Source of the DNA: Patescibacteria group bacterium
Lineage (GTDB): Bacteria > Patescibacteriota > Patescibacteriia > Veblenbacterales > UBA10138
Direction: 5' to 3'
Length of the DNA: 64,000 bases
Assembly: GCA_041645215.1 (NCBI GenBank)
Contig: JBAZQK010000001.1
Coordinates: forward strand, 54,091-118,090
Part shown: piece after piece, positions 17,699 to 26,141 of the stretch
Layout of the letters: each line of letters starts with the position of its first letter
How positions within the stretch are numbered: position 1 is the stretch's first letter
Program-made: the position numbers and the translations under genes
Notes under the pieces: model-generated
Database searches by the model: none
Seen by the model: only the letters and a program-made list of their open reading frames with translations
Told to the model about the DNA's origin: nothing

Positions 17699-18757
17699 TT
17701 ATTGGTCAAAGCCGACAAGTTCCGGTTCAAGTTCAATTTTGACTCCTAATTTTTTATAGGCGGTTTTAATTATTTGTTCCGCCAAGGCCATAACGTCGTT
17801 CGCGGTTGCCCGGCCGGTGTTGAGAATCACCAACGGTTGTTTGGGGTTGATTTGCGCCCCCCGGTTAGTTAGGCCCTTAAAGCCCAGAGTTTCAATCAAA
17901 AAGGCCGTTGGCACTTTGATTTGCTGACCGTTGACGAGCTTGGCTTTGTCTAATAATTTGGCCAGATCGTCAGGCGTGAATTCTTTTTTAAAACCAGCTT
18001 TTAATTTGTTGTATTGCGGCTTAGTCAAATATAAATTTTTAAAAAATGACCCGGCACTGCCGCCTCTGGCCCTGGTGGGAAAGGGGTATTTACGATTTCG
18101 GATGTTTATGACGGCGGTTCTGATTTCTCTTAGGTTTGGTCGTTGAGTAAAATGTTTTTTTAAATCACTGTAGCGCAAATCAGGTCGGCCGTTTTTTAGC
18201 AGTTGCATGGTTAGCTCCAGGATGATATAGCGCCCCTTGGCCGTAGAGTTAAAGATGCTGGTACGGTAGCCAAAGCGGCACTGTCGTGAATTTATTATCC
18301 GGATGTCGCTGGTCTGCAAATCAAATACTTTGACGGTTTTTAAAACCCGGCTTAACTCCTGGCCATAGGCGCCAATGTTTTGTACTACGGCCCCGCCGGC
18401 CCGGCCGGGTATATGGGAAAGATTTTCTATGCCCCACAATCGGTTTTTGACGGCGAACTTAACAACATCGTCCCACTTTTCGCCCGCCGCAATCTGCAGC
18501 CAGTACTGATTGTTGGGCCGGCGCTGTAATTGAATGCCCCGCAGCCGCAAGTTTATAACCAGGCCGTTAAAACCGGCGTCGCTGACAACAATATTGCTGC
18601 CCCCGCCCAACACCCAGAGTTTTAATTGTTTTTGGCGCGCCCAAGCCACGGCTTGATTTAAGGCCGACAATTTATTGATGGTGATAAAAAATTTGGCTCG
18701 GCCGCCGATTTTAAAGGTTGTTAAAGGTTTTAACGGTTTGTTTTTTATAATTTTCAT
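17699..18757 (-). CDS. murB: UDP-N-acetylmuramate dehydrogenase
   Basis: TTFKIGGRA, LGGGSN, IENLSHIPG, QNIGAYG, FGYRTSIF, SAGSFFKN, LEPE. Confidence 0.95.
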   Translation of the reverse strand: MKIIKNKPLKPLTTFKIGGRAKFFITINKLSALNQAVAWARQKQLKLWVLGGGSNIVVSDAGFNGLVINLRLRGIQLQRRPNNQYWLQIAAGEKWDDVVKFAVKNRLWGIENLSHIPGRAGGAVVQNIGAYGQELSRVLKTVKVFDLQTSDIRIINSRQCRFGYRTSIFNSTAKGRYIILELTMQLLKNGRPDLRYSDLKKHFTQRPNLREIRTAVINIRNRKYPFPTRARGGSAGSFFKNLYLTKPQYNKLKAGFKKEFTPDDLAKLLDKAKLVNGQQIKVPTAFLIETLGFKGLTNRGAQINPKQPLVILNTGRATANDVMALAEQIIKTAYKKLGVKIELEPELVGFDQ

Positions 18758-18904
18758 AATGTAGTTTGGCTTTTACCACGATTTCTTTCATACCTTTGAT
18801 TATATCAAACTAACAGTCCGGAGTCTCTCATTGTTAACATAAAACCCTCATTTGGAGAAGGGTTGAATGATGTCTCGTCAAACAAGGCAACCCGTATGAC
18901 GGGT

Positions 18905-18971
18905 TGGGGTGGCTAATGGGAATTGAACTCCCGTAATCGCTGCCACAGAGCGGTGTTCTACCATTGAACTA
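18905..18971 (-). pseudogene. tRNA-His duplicate lacking the 5' acceptor strand (att-like)
   Basis: cgctgccacagagcggtgttctaccattgaacta is identical to the intact tRNA-His; T-arm and acceptor diverged. Confidence 0.8.
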
Positions 18972-19377
18972 ACCGGCGTTTAATGAATTTTTCTATGTAT
19001 TTTACAGTTTCGTCTTTGGCTTCAGCCGGGCCTTGGGCTACCCAGAGAGCAAAATTATAAAGTTCGGTTTTGTCGGCTTTTAACCACTTGCCGTTTAAAT
19101 ACAAAAAAACCAACAAGGCAGTGACGGCTATTCGCTTATTGCCGTTTTGAAAAGGATGGTTTTTATTTAACAAATAAAATAGCATGGCCGCCTTGCTGAT
19201 TAGGCCATGGTAAAGATATTTTTTATCAAACTTTTGCCAAGGAACAGTCAGGCAGCTTTCCAAAACATTCGGATATCTGGTTGCAAAAGGCGGAATCGGT
19301 TCGTCCCAATTCATGGTTTTGGTGGTCAGGGTGTGGGCGGTGTATTTGATCATTTCCACTGAAATATTCTTAATCAT
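18958..19377 (-). CDS. Fic/Doc family toxin
   Basis: KAAMLFYLLNKNHPFQNGNKRIA Doc motif, 139 aa. Confidence 0.9.
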   Translation of the reverse strand: MIKNISVEMIKYTAHTLTTKTMNWDEPIPPFATRYPNVLESCLTVPWQKFDKKYLYHGLISKAAMLFYLLNKNHPFQNGNKRIAVTALLVFLYLNGKWLKADKTELYNFALWVAQGPAEAKDETVKYIEKFIKRRLVQW

Positions 19378-19380
19378 AAA

Positions 19381-19644
19381 CTATTCCTTCCCCAGCTTTT
19401 TTAGAACCTCGCCGTATTGTTTAATAACCTCAACCACGCCGCTGTCAATTTCTTTTTTTACCCTATCGGTTAATTTGGTAGTTAAAAAATCTTTAATGTC
19501 CTCTTTTTTAATAATATAATTACGCCCCACCTTTTCACCTTTGATTTGGCCGCTTTTAACTTTTTTAAAAATAGTAACGCGGCTCGTCCTCGCGAGGTCA
19601 GCTAATTCTTTGACAGAATAGTATTGTTTTTGAGTTTTTTCCAT
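19381..19644 (-). CDS. Excisionase-type HTH protein, probable antitoxin
   Basis: YYSVKELADL...KSGQIKGEKVGRNYII HTH_17-like domain plus C-terminal helix VIKQYGEVLKKL, directly upstream of doc. Confidence 0.75.
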   Translation of the reverse strand: MEKTQKQYYSVKELADLARTSRVTIFKKVKSGQIKGEKVGRNYIIKKEDIKDFLTTKLTDRVKKEIDSGVVEVIKQYGEVLKKLGKE

Positions 19645-19651
19645 ATATTGC

Positions 19652-19705
19652 GTTAACCTTATATTATTATGTTAACATATGTTAACAAACTAGTCAACAG
19701 TTAAC
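19652..19705 (-). promoter_or_regulatory. Candidate TA operator: four GTTAAC palindromes
   Basis: GTTAAC at 19652, 19671, 19681 and 19700, immediately upstream of the HTH gene. Confidence 0.5.
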
Positions 19706-19872
19706 AAAATATCTAATTAAAACACAAAGCATTAATCATTCACGTTAAAAATTGGGAAGCTTGATTAAACAGCTTATTCCAAACAAAAAATTCTCCTTTG
19801 GGGGAGAGATTGTCTAATGGGTGGCTGAACGAATAGAAGTGGAAAACTTTATTGAAGTTTGGAACGTTGGTA

Positions 19873-19988
19873 TTGACAGAAATATAAAAATAGTCTACAG
19901 TTATTTGTTCTTTAACAAAAGTTGTTTTTACTGATTTATAAATAAGTGGTGATCTGAGTTGTTTATTTATAATTTAGTAAAAACAACT
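19873..19988 (+). promoter_or_regulatory. Promoter, boxA-like motif and long leader hairpin
   Basis: TTGACA-17-TACAGT, TGTTCTTTAACAA (19906-19918), hairpin agttgtttttact...agtaaaaacaact. Confidence 0.6.
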
Positions 19989-20023
19989 AAATAATATCTA
20001 TCCACAAAAATAGGAGTACAACA

Positions 20024-20893
20024 GTGAAACACAAATTATGGTTTCTGTTTTTTGTTTTGTTTTTATCCAGTTGCTCGACAACGGACGAGCCAGATTATAC
20101 AAAGCAGTTACCACTATTAAAGGGTCATATGAATGACTATGCTGATTTGTTCAGTCAGTCAACCAGAGACTCTTTGGAAAAGCAGTTAAAACTATATGAA
20201 GAACAAACATCCAATCAAATAGTTATTCTTAGTGTTCCTTCTATAGGAGAAAAGACTATTGAAGAATATTCTTATTGGGTGGCCGAATCATGGAAGATTG
20301 GTCAAAAAGGAAAAGACAACGGTATTTTAATTACTGTTGCCAAGGAAGAAAAAAAAGTTCGCATTGAGGTAGGTTATGGTTTGGAGGGAGCCTTACCTGA
20401 TGGCCGCTGTTGGTACATTATAAAAAGTCGTTTTCTTTCTGAGGTCAGCGGTAAATATAAAGATTTTGATAAGGCCATTGAGCAAACCGTAGAAGCAATA
20501 CAGCTCAGCATAGCCGGAGAATTCTCAGCAGTAGAGAAGAAAGTTGAGGACAAAGAAAATTCTTTATGGTTTATAGGAGCTCTTATTATAGCAGCTGCCT
20601 TAGCTGGATTTATTGGGTTACTCTTGGATAAAACAATAGTCAGTAGTGTGGCCACAGCTATAGTCTATCCTTTAGTTTGGTTAGCCTTCTGGCCGCCAGA
20701 CGCACTGGTACTTATTGGTTTAATAGCCTTGGGTGCTCTGATTGGTTTTATAGCCAGGTATTTTATTGAAGCAGGTTTAGAAGGTAGTGGTGGAAGTAGT
20801 GGCGGGGGCTATTATGGTGGTGGTAGCAGTAGTAGCGGTTTCTTTGGTGGTGGCGGTAGTTTTGGCGGCGGCGGTGCCAGTGGTGGTTGGTAA
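20024..20893 (+). CDS. TPM-domain (YgcG/DUF477) lipoprotein with Gly-rich tail
   Basis: Lipobox LSSC, WKIGQKGKDNGILI, RIEVGYGLEGALPD, GGGGSFGGGGASGGW. Confidence 0.92.
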   Translation: MKHKLWFLFFVLFLSSCSTTDEPDYTKQLPLLKGHMNDYADLFSQSTRDSLEKQLKLYEEQTSNQIVILSVPSIGEKTIEEYSYWVAESWKIGQKGKDNGILITVAKEEKKVRIEVGYGLEGALPDGRCWYIIKSRFLSEVSGKYKDFDKAIEQTVEAIQLSIAGEFSAVEKKVEDKENSLWFIGALIIAAALAGFIGLLLDKTIVSSVATAIVYPLVWLAFWPPDALVLIGLIALGALIGFIARYFIEAGLEGSGGSSGGGYYGGGSSSSGFFGGGGSFGGGGASGGW

Positions 20894-20921
20894 TTAAATT
20901 CAAATAAAAAAGGAAATTAAG

Positions 20922-21569
20922 ATGAAACTCACAAAAGAAGATAAAAAAATTATTTTTCAGGCGGTACAAAGGAATGAGGCTTTTACCTCAGCAGAAATCG
21001 CTTGGTGCATAACAGGCAGGTCCAGTTCGTATACCGACGCAGCTTTAATCTGGGGTATTGTATTGGTCGCATTTGGGATTGTGCTCCAATTAGTTATGGA
21101 ATTGAGTGGAAGTTGGGACGGCGATGCGACTTTGTCGTTGGTGGAATCGGTTGTGTTGTTCGCGGTTGGTTTACTAGTTGCTAAAATTCCAAGTTGCCGT
21201 CGATTAGTGATAGATAAAAATAGAATGAGAAGGCAGGTAATTGAACGAGCTCAGGCTAGTTTTTATAGAGGAGGTGTTCAATTAACGAAGGGTCACAATG
21301 GTGTGCTGGTTTTCGTCAGCGTCTTTGAGCGTTTGATTATTATCATTGCGGATAAAGCTATTGATGATGTTGGAGTTTTAAAAGAATTTATTAAAGTGGT
21401 AAATAGCGAAAACCCAGATAAAAAATCATGGGGTAATAAAAACACTGTTATTCAAAAGTGTATCAATCACATTGATGCTCTAGGGGTAATATGCGGTTCT
21501 AAATTACCTCGCCAGGTTGGTGATGTGAATGAGTTGTCCGACGATGGATTAAATGAAAAAGAGGTATAA
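20922..21569 (+). CDS. TPM-domain membrane protein (partner of the YgcG type)
   Basis: EAFTSAEI, two TMs, TKGHNGVLVFVSVFER...IIADKAI, NELSD. Confidence 0.85.
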   Translation: MKLTKEDKKIIFQAVQRNEAFTSAEIAWCITGRSSSYTDAALIWGIVLVAFGIVLQLVMELSGSWDGDATLSLVESVVLFAVGLLVAKIPSCRRLVIDKNRMRRQVIERAQASFYRGGVQLTKGHNGVLVFVSVFERLIIIIADKAIDDVGVLKEFIKVVNSENPDKKSWGNKNTVIQKCINHIDALGVICGSKLPRQVGDVNELSDDGLNEKEV

Positions 21570-21596
21570 AATAATATTATATAAGTGAAATTTCCT

Positions 21597-21632
21597 AGAG
21601 TCTGCTATTTATAGCGGACTCTCTTTTATTTT
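21597..21632 (+). terminator. Intrinsic terminator
   Basis: agagtctgcta-tttta-tagcggactct followed by a T-rich run. Confidence 0.7.
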
Positions 21633-21752
21633 GGCAACTTAACAAGAGTTTGCCGTCTCAGGGTGGGGTACGAATTTTGTTAAAAATTGGGAAACTCAAT
21701 TCAGTAGCTTACCTAAAACAAAAAACTCTCTCTTGAAGGAGAGATTTTTCGA

Positions 21753-21827
21753 TGGGGTGAGTGAGGGGAATCGAACCCCCGTAACCGCTGCCACAGAGCG
21801 GTGTTCTACCATTGAACTACACCCACC
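21753..21827 (-). tRNA. tRNA-His(GTG)
   Basis: G-1 plus GTGGGTG, CCGCT-CT-GTG-GC-AGCGG, GGTTCGATTCC, C discriminator, CCA. Confidence 0.95.
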
Positions 21828-22043
21828 ATATATTGTTCTTTAAAAAAACTCTTGCACAAACATGACAAGAGGATAATTCGCCCGCTGTGCCAAGTTTAAG
21901 CAGTATAGGTTAAAGTGTATTAACAAGTCAATCATCCGGTCTATAAGATTTTGGATTAGCGCTGATGATTTACCGGCCGTTAATTTAAAAAACCACTGCT
22001 GAACAAAAAACAGTGGTTTTTTAAAAGTACAACAAAACAAAAG

Positions 22044-23351
22044 TTACTGGGCGTTATTAGTTACAATTGAACTGGCTTGGGCGTTGTCAATTACCGATAT
22101 CCAGATTTTACCGGGATTAAGAATTAACGGTTGACCGCTAGAGTCTTGCCAGTCAAAGAAACTGTCGCTATCGGTTTTAGTCCATTGGCCCTGATACATT
22201 TGACCGTTGGCAAAAAGCAATAACTGGCCGCTACCGGTTGTCTGTATATCAACCCGTTTCAAGGCGTCGTTAGGATAAGGGGTAATTTTGGTGAATAGGA
22301 CAATCACGTTTTTTATAGCCGGAGCCGTATTAGTCGCGCTATCAAATTGAGTGGTGCCGCCGGTGGTGCGAGCGTAGGTGTCTGTAACCGATTGATAAGT
22401 GTAAACCACTTGGTATTCCGACGGTTGATAAGGAATGGTGATATTGAGCACGGGCTTGCCCGTCGGCAAATCCTTGTTAAAATTTAATTTTGGGACGGCG
22501 CCGGTCTGGCTCCAATTTTTATTAGCCGCGTAGTCCCAAAAGCGTTTAGCGGTAGTGAACAAGTTGTGCGGCGGTTTTTTAGAATCGTCGCGCGTGTAAG
22601 CGTCAGCATTAAAGAATTCATTAACGTCCTGAATATCACCATAACCCTTTTGCAATTGACTTAAAGCTTTTTCACTACCGCCGGAGTGGCTAAAGAAGGG
22701 CGCTAGCGGGCGAATCCAATCGTTAAAGAACGAGCGCGCGCTGCGGATAGGTCCGACTAATCCGGGCGGCAGTTCACTTTGGAACACGGTGACAAAGCGG
22801 GTGATGCCGCCTTCGGTGGGTGACTCAATCACCAAATCGGCGCTATTCAGGCCGGCTTGCGGACGAACCGTAGGAAAATTTTCTATGACAACGGCCCAGG
22901 GGCGGCGCTCCGCGTTAGCCGTAGTCGTGGCTAGGCCCGTCAAGGGAGCGACCGCGGTAAACTGTTCTACCGGTTTAAGTTTTTTGGGGGCGCGGTAAGA
23001 AATGTCGGCGGTTTGTAAACTATAATTATTGAAGTTTAAAAATACCACCAAACTACTAGTCAGTAAGATGGCAATTATACCAATGCCAAACCAAGCCAAC
23101 CAGCGCCAGTAAACCGCGTCTTGATCCGGTATTTTAATCGGCGCTTGGTAATCAACCAGTTGGGGCGCCGCTAAGTTATTAATTTCCTGATAATTAAATT
23201 TGCTGGCCGCCTCCCTAGCCGCCGTGGTTTTTTGGGCGCGGGAAGTTTCTTGACTGGTCGTTATTGGCTTGGTTGGCGCGCGACGGGGGCGGTGGACTGA
23301 TTTTGGTTTAAGGCTGTTGGGGCTAGCCTCCTGTCTAGCTTTGGTGGGCAT
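22044..23351 (-). CDS. DUF3048 (YerB-like) membrane-anchored protein
   Basis: APLTG, RPWAVVIEN, RPQAGLNSADLV, EGGITRF, GPIRSAR, PHNLF. Confidence 0.9.
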   Translation of the reverse strand: MPTKARQEASPNSLKPKSVHRPRRAPTKPITTSQETSRAQKTTAAREAASKFNYQEINNLAAPQLVDYQAPIKIPDQDAVYWRWLAWFGIGIIAILLTSSLVVFLNFNNYSLQTADISYRAPKKLKPVEQFTAVAPLTGLATTTANAERRPWAVVIENFPTVRPQAGLNSADLVIESPTEGGITRFVTVFQSELPPGLVGPIRSARSFFNDWIRPLAPFFSHSGGSEKALSQLQKGYGDIQDVNEFFNADAYTRDDSKKPPHNLFTTAKRFWDYAANKNWSQTGAVPKLNFNKDLPTGKPVLNITIPYQPSEYQVVYTYQSVTDTYARTTGGTTQFDSATNTAPAIKNVIVLFTKITPYPNDALKRVDIQTTGSGQLLLFANGQMYQGQWTKTDSDSFFDWQDSSGQPLILNPGKIWISVIDNAQASSIVTNNAQ

Positions 23352-23740
23352 AGGTTTTATGTTAATGGTATTTAAGATGCTTATAAACTTTATTATAGCG
23401 CGAAAATTGGCAATGTCTAAAATTTAATGATTCGGTTTTTTTATTCTACTACTACTTTTACCTTTTTATCTTTGCAGTATTCTTGAATTAGTCCGAACCC
23501 CAGTAGTACCCTGCTAAGCGGGGACACGGGGCATAGCGCATTTCACTCTGCCAGTTGGAGGGCGAGCCTGCCTGCCGGCAGGCAGGGAAGTCCCCCCGCG
23601 AAAATTCGGAAAGGCGGCGGAGCCGCACCGCTGACAATTTCAAGTTTTTCTTTGGCGACAAATTCTTAAAATTTAATTTATTTGAGAGTAAAGGTACAAC
23701 CGTATTTATCGTCGTGCCAATTGTAATTACATCAAACATT

Positions 23741-24277
23741 TTATTTTTTAATTAAAGCTGCTATAACGATTAAAATAATAAAAGGCGCAATAGTCCAGAT
23801 CGGTTGGAATATTATGTTAAGAATTTTTGAGGGGAATTTTATAGTGGGAAATATAAACCAAAATTTTTCTATTTTTGTCTGCTCTATAACCTCCCCTTTC
23901 ATTTTTAAAAGCCAAATGAGATCGGCGACTAAAATCAAATGATAAATACCTACCCACCAAAGCTCACTCTTTATAACCATGAGGGTGGCTACAACAAAAA
24001 TGGTACCGACAAAAATAAAGGACGGGAATACATAAAGAAACCATGGTAAATTTACCGCTCGCTTGAATTTCTCGCTCGTAGCCCAATGGCCTTGCCACTT
24101 TTGTATCGTTTCCGCGGGAACAAATTCATTCATTGGCGTTTTCTGAGATAATTCTTTCCATTGTGCCGCTTTATTCTTTCTTAAGATAAAAATAGCTACA
24201 CTTAAAAAGTTTTGATGCAAACCAAAAATTAACAGAAGAACTGAGATATTCATTAATATATTAAACAATGTATTCAT
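23741..24277 (-). CDS. Hypothetical membrane protein
   Basis: AT-rich 178-aa ORF with about 4 TMs, downstream of the tRNA-Arg(TCT) locus. Confidence 0.6.
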   Translation of the reverse strand: MNTLFNILMNISVLLLIFGLHQNFLSVAIFILRKNKAAQWKELSQKTPMNEFVPAETIQKWQGHWATSEKFKRAVNLPWFLYVFPSFIFVGTIFVVATLMVIKSELWWVGIYHLILVADLIWLLKMKGEVIEQTKIEKFWFIFPTIKFPSKILNIIFQPIWTIAPFIILIVIAALIKK

Positions 24278-24461
24278 ATTTTATAGTAAAATTAGTTTTC
24301 GACTTTATGATTAAAAATTTTTCTTTTTCTCCTTTCAAAACCGCCAATTCGTTTTTACCCCCAAAATTGAATACCAATTAGTCGCCGAGCCCCGCACCAG
24401 AACAAGTTCGGTGTGGGATAAACTCCACGAGGCGAACCAAAACTCTTTGACTTTTCCTGTC

Positions 24462-24701
24462 TGGTGCCTCGGGAGGAATTGAACCTACATCAGTGGCTTA
24501 GAAGTCCACAGTTCTATCTTCACCCCTTTATTTATCCCCCCGAGAGGAATTGAACCTCTATACCCGGCTTAGAAGTCCGGAGTTCTATCCATTGAACTAC
24601 AGGGGGGATAAATAAAGGGGCAAGTTGTCCGCTCCGTCGTCGCTCCGTCATCGCTTCGCCAGATCTCGCAGAGCGACGACGGAGCGGGAAACTACGAGGG
24701 C
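24462..24701 (-). pseudogene. Outer tRNA-Arg(TCT) interrupted in the D-loop by two inserts
   Basis: Pieces 24701-24689, 24626-24621 and 24518-24462 join into a near-complete tRNA-Arg(TCT) with CCA. Confidence 0.85.
24535..24606 (-). tRNA. tRNA-Arg(TCT)
   Basis: CCCCCTG/CGGGGGG acceptor, CT-TCT-AA loop, AGAGG-TTCAATT-CCTCT. No encoded CCA. Confidence 0.9.
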
Positions 24702-24715
24702 ATAGGGAAATGTAA

Positions 24716-24851
24716 CCCCAGTATATCAACTTCGCTAACAAAATTAGCGAGCGTGAGTCGAAAGACTGTTTAATAAATAAATGGTGATTTAACTTTGATT
24801 AATTTTACTGATTTTGTTAAGAGCGAGCTATAGCGAAGTAGTTATACTGGG
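24716..24851. mobile_element. MITE, CCCAGTATA family (copy 1)
   Basis: TIR cccagtatatcaacttcgcta / tagcgaagtagttatactggg with TAA on both flanks. Homologous to 42278 and 55338. Confidence 0.85.
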
Positions 24852-24990
24852 TAAAATTCAAAAATCTCCGCCCAAGGCGGATCTACCTAGGGTACGAAAA
24901 ATGTAAAATTATTTACAAATGTGTTTTATTTTTAAATTTGATAAGGGCTAATCAATTTTATTACTAATTTAAACTAAATTCAAGCTTATT

Positions 24991-25890
24991 TTAAGTGTAG
25001 CGTTTAGTGGTAATAATATTAGCGTGGCCCAGAGTTTGTTGGATATTTTTTATGGTGTTGCCTTGTTTTATAAGTTGATTGGCAAAAACGTGACGCAAGG
25101 TTGAGGGTGTAATTTTTTTATTCAGTCCAGCCGCCAAACGATAGTGTTTAATTATTCTTTGTAAGCTGCGAGGGGTTAAGGCAAAATTATGACGTTGCTT
25201 GCGCACGGGCGAGGTTTGAGCGCGATCATGACTAATGAATAAGGCTGGCTCGGTATCATGCCGCGCCTTTAGATAATTGTTTATAATATTTTTAATATTA
25301 GGCGGCAATGGTATTTGGCGTACCCGACCTTTAGTACGGCTGATCGTAATAAAATTTTCCTCCGCCTTAAGCGCGTTACGTTGCAGGTGGGACAATTCGG
25401 AAACTTTTAAACCCGCCGCCACCAATAAATTTAAAATCGCTAAGTCGCGTTTTTTTATTAATTCACTATCTTGGCTTTGTTCACAAAATTTAATCATTAA
25501 ATTAACCTCGGCCGCGCTGACCGCCGGTAAAATGATTGAACGCAGTCGCTTTAACGACAAGTTGGTATAGTCAGGCACCGGAATGCCGGTTTGTGACAGG
25601 TATTTTAAAAAAGCCCGCAGTCCGATTAAATAATAATTTTGCGTGGCCGGCGACAAGTTGTGCCCGCTATTGGAGGTGGATTGCTTAAGCCAGGCCTTAT
25701 AGTTTTCCAAGTGCTGGCCGGTGAGGTCGCTGGCTTTATCAAGTTTAACCCGGGCCTGGTCCGACCATTGCCGGAATTTATTCAGATAAATGCGGTAATT
25801 GGATGCCGACGATTGGCTCAACTGGCGCTTAAGTTTAAGCGTTTGCAGAAAATTGTTTATGGTTTCGTTTAAACCAGCCGGGTTCGCCAT
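24991..25890 (-). CDS. XerC/XerD-like tyrosine recombinase with atypical catalytic motifs
   Basis: TQNYYLIGLRAFLKYL, RDLAILNLL, GLKVSEL, TPSTLRH, LGHANIITTKRYT. Confidence 0.88.
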   Translation of the reverse strand: MANPAGLNETINNFLQTLKLKRQLSQSSASNYRIYLNKFRQWSDQARVKLDKASDLTGQHLENYKAWLKQSTSNSGHNLSPATQNYYLIGLRAFLKYLSQTGIPVPDYTNLSLKRLRSIILPAVSAAEVNLMIKFCEQSQDSELIKKRDLAILNLLVAAGLKVSELSHLQRNALKAEENFITISRTKGRVRQIPLPPNIKNIINNYLKARHDTEPALFISHDRAQTSPVRKQRHNFALTPRSLQRIIKHYRLAAGLNKKITPSTLRHVFANQLIKQGNTIKNIQQTLGHANIITTKRYT

Positions 25891-25986
25891 AGTATTAATA
25901 TTTTACGACACTTGTCCTAAAGCGTCCAGTTTTTAGTACACCGCCAAAATTAAAAGTTGTTAGTACACCGCTGTTAGTACAACCGC

Positions 25987-26087
25987 TTGACATCTACGGC
26001 AAAATGAGCTAAGTTAGTAAGTTCTTTAACAAACGTTTACAATCATCTTTTTGGGCACATAAAATACTCAAAAAGATGGTTGTAAAC
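25987..26087 (+). promoter_or_regulatory. Promoter, boxA-like motif and long leader hairpin
   Basis: TTGACA-17-TAAGTT, GTTCTTTAACAA (26021-26032), hairpin gtttacaatcatctttttg / caaaaagatggttgtaaac. Confidence 0.6.
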
Positions 26088-26141
26088 AATACAGAAATAA
26101 CATAATTCCATAAAACACAAACTAATTTAGGAGATCTTACA

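Noticed and set aside
25893-25930. dif site
   Set aside because: The palindrome has a 2-nt centre rather than the 11-6-11 layout, and the flanking genes diverge. Kept only as a possible binding site.
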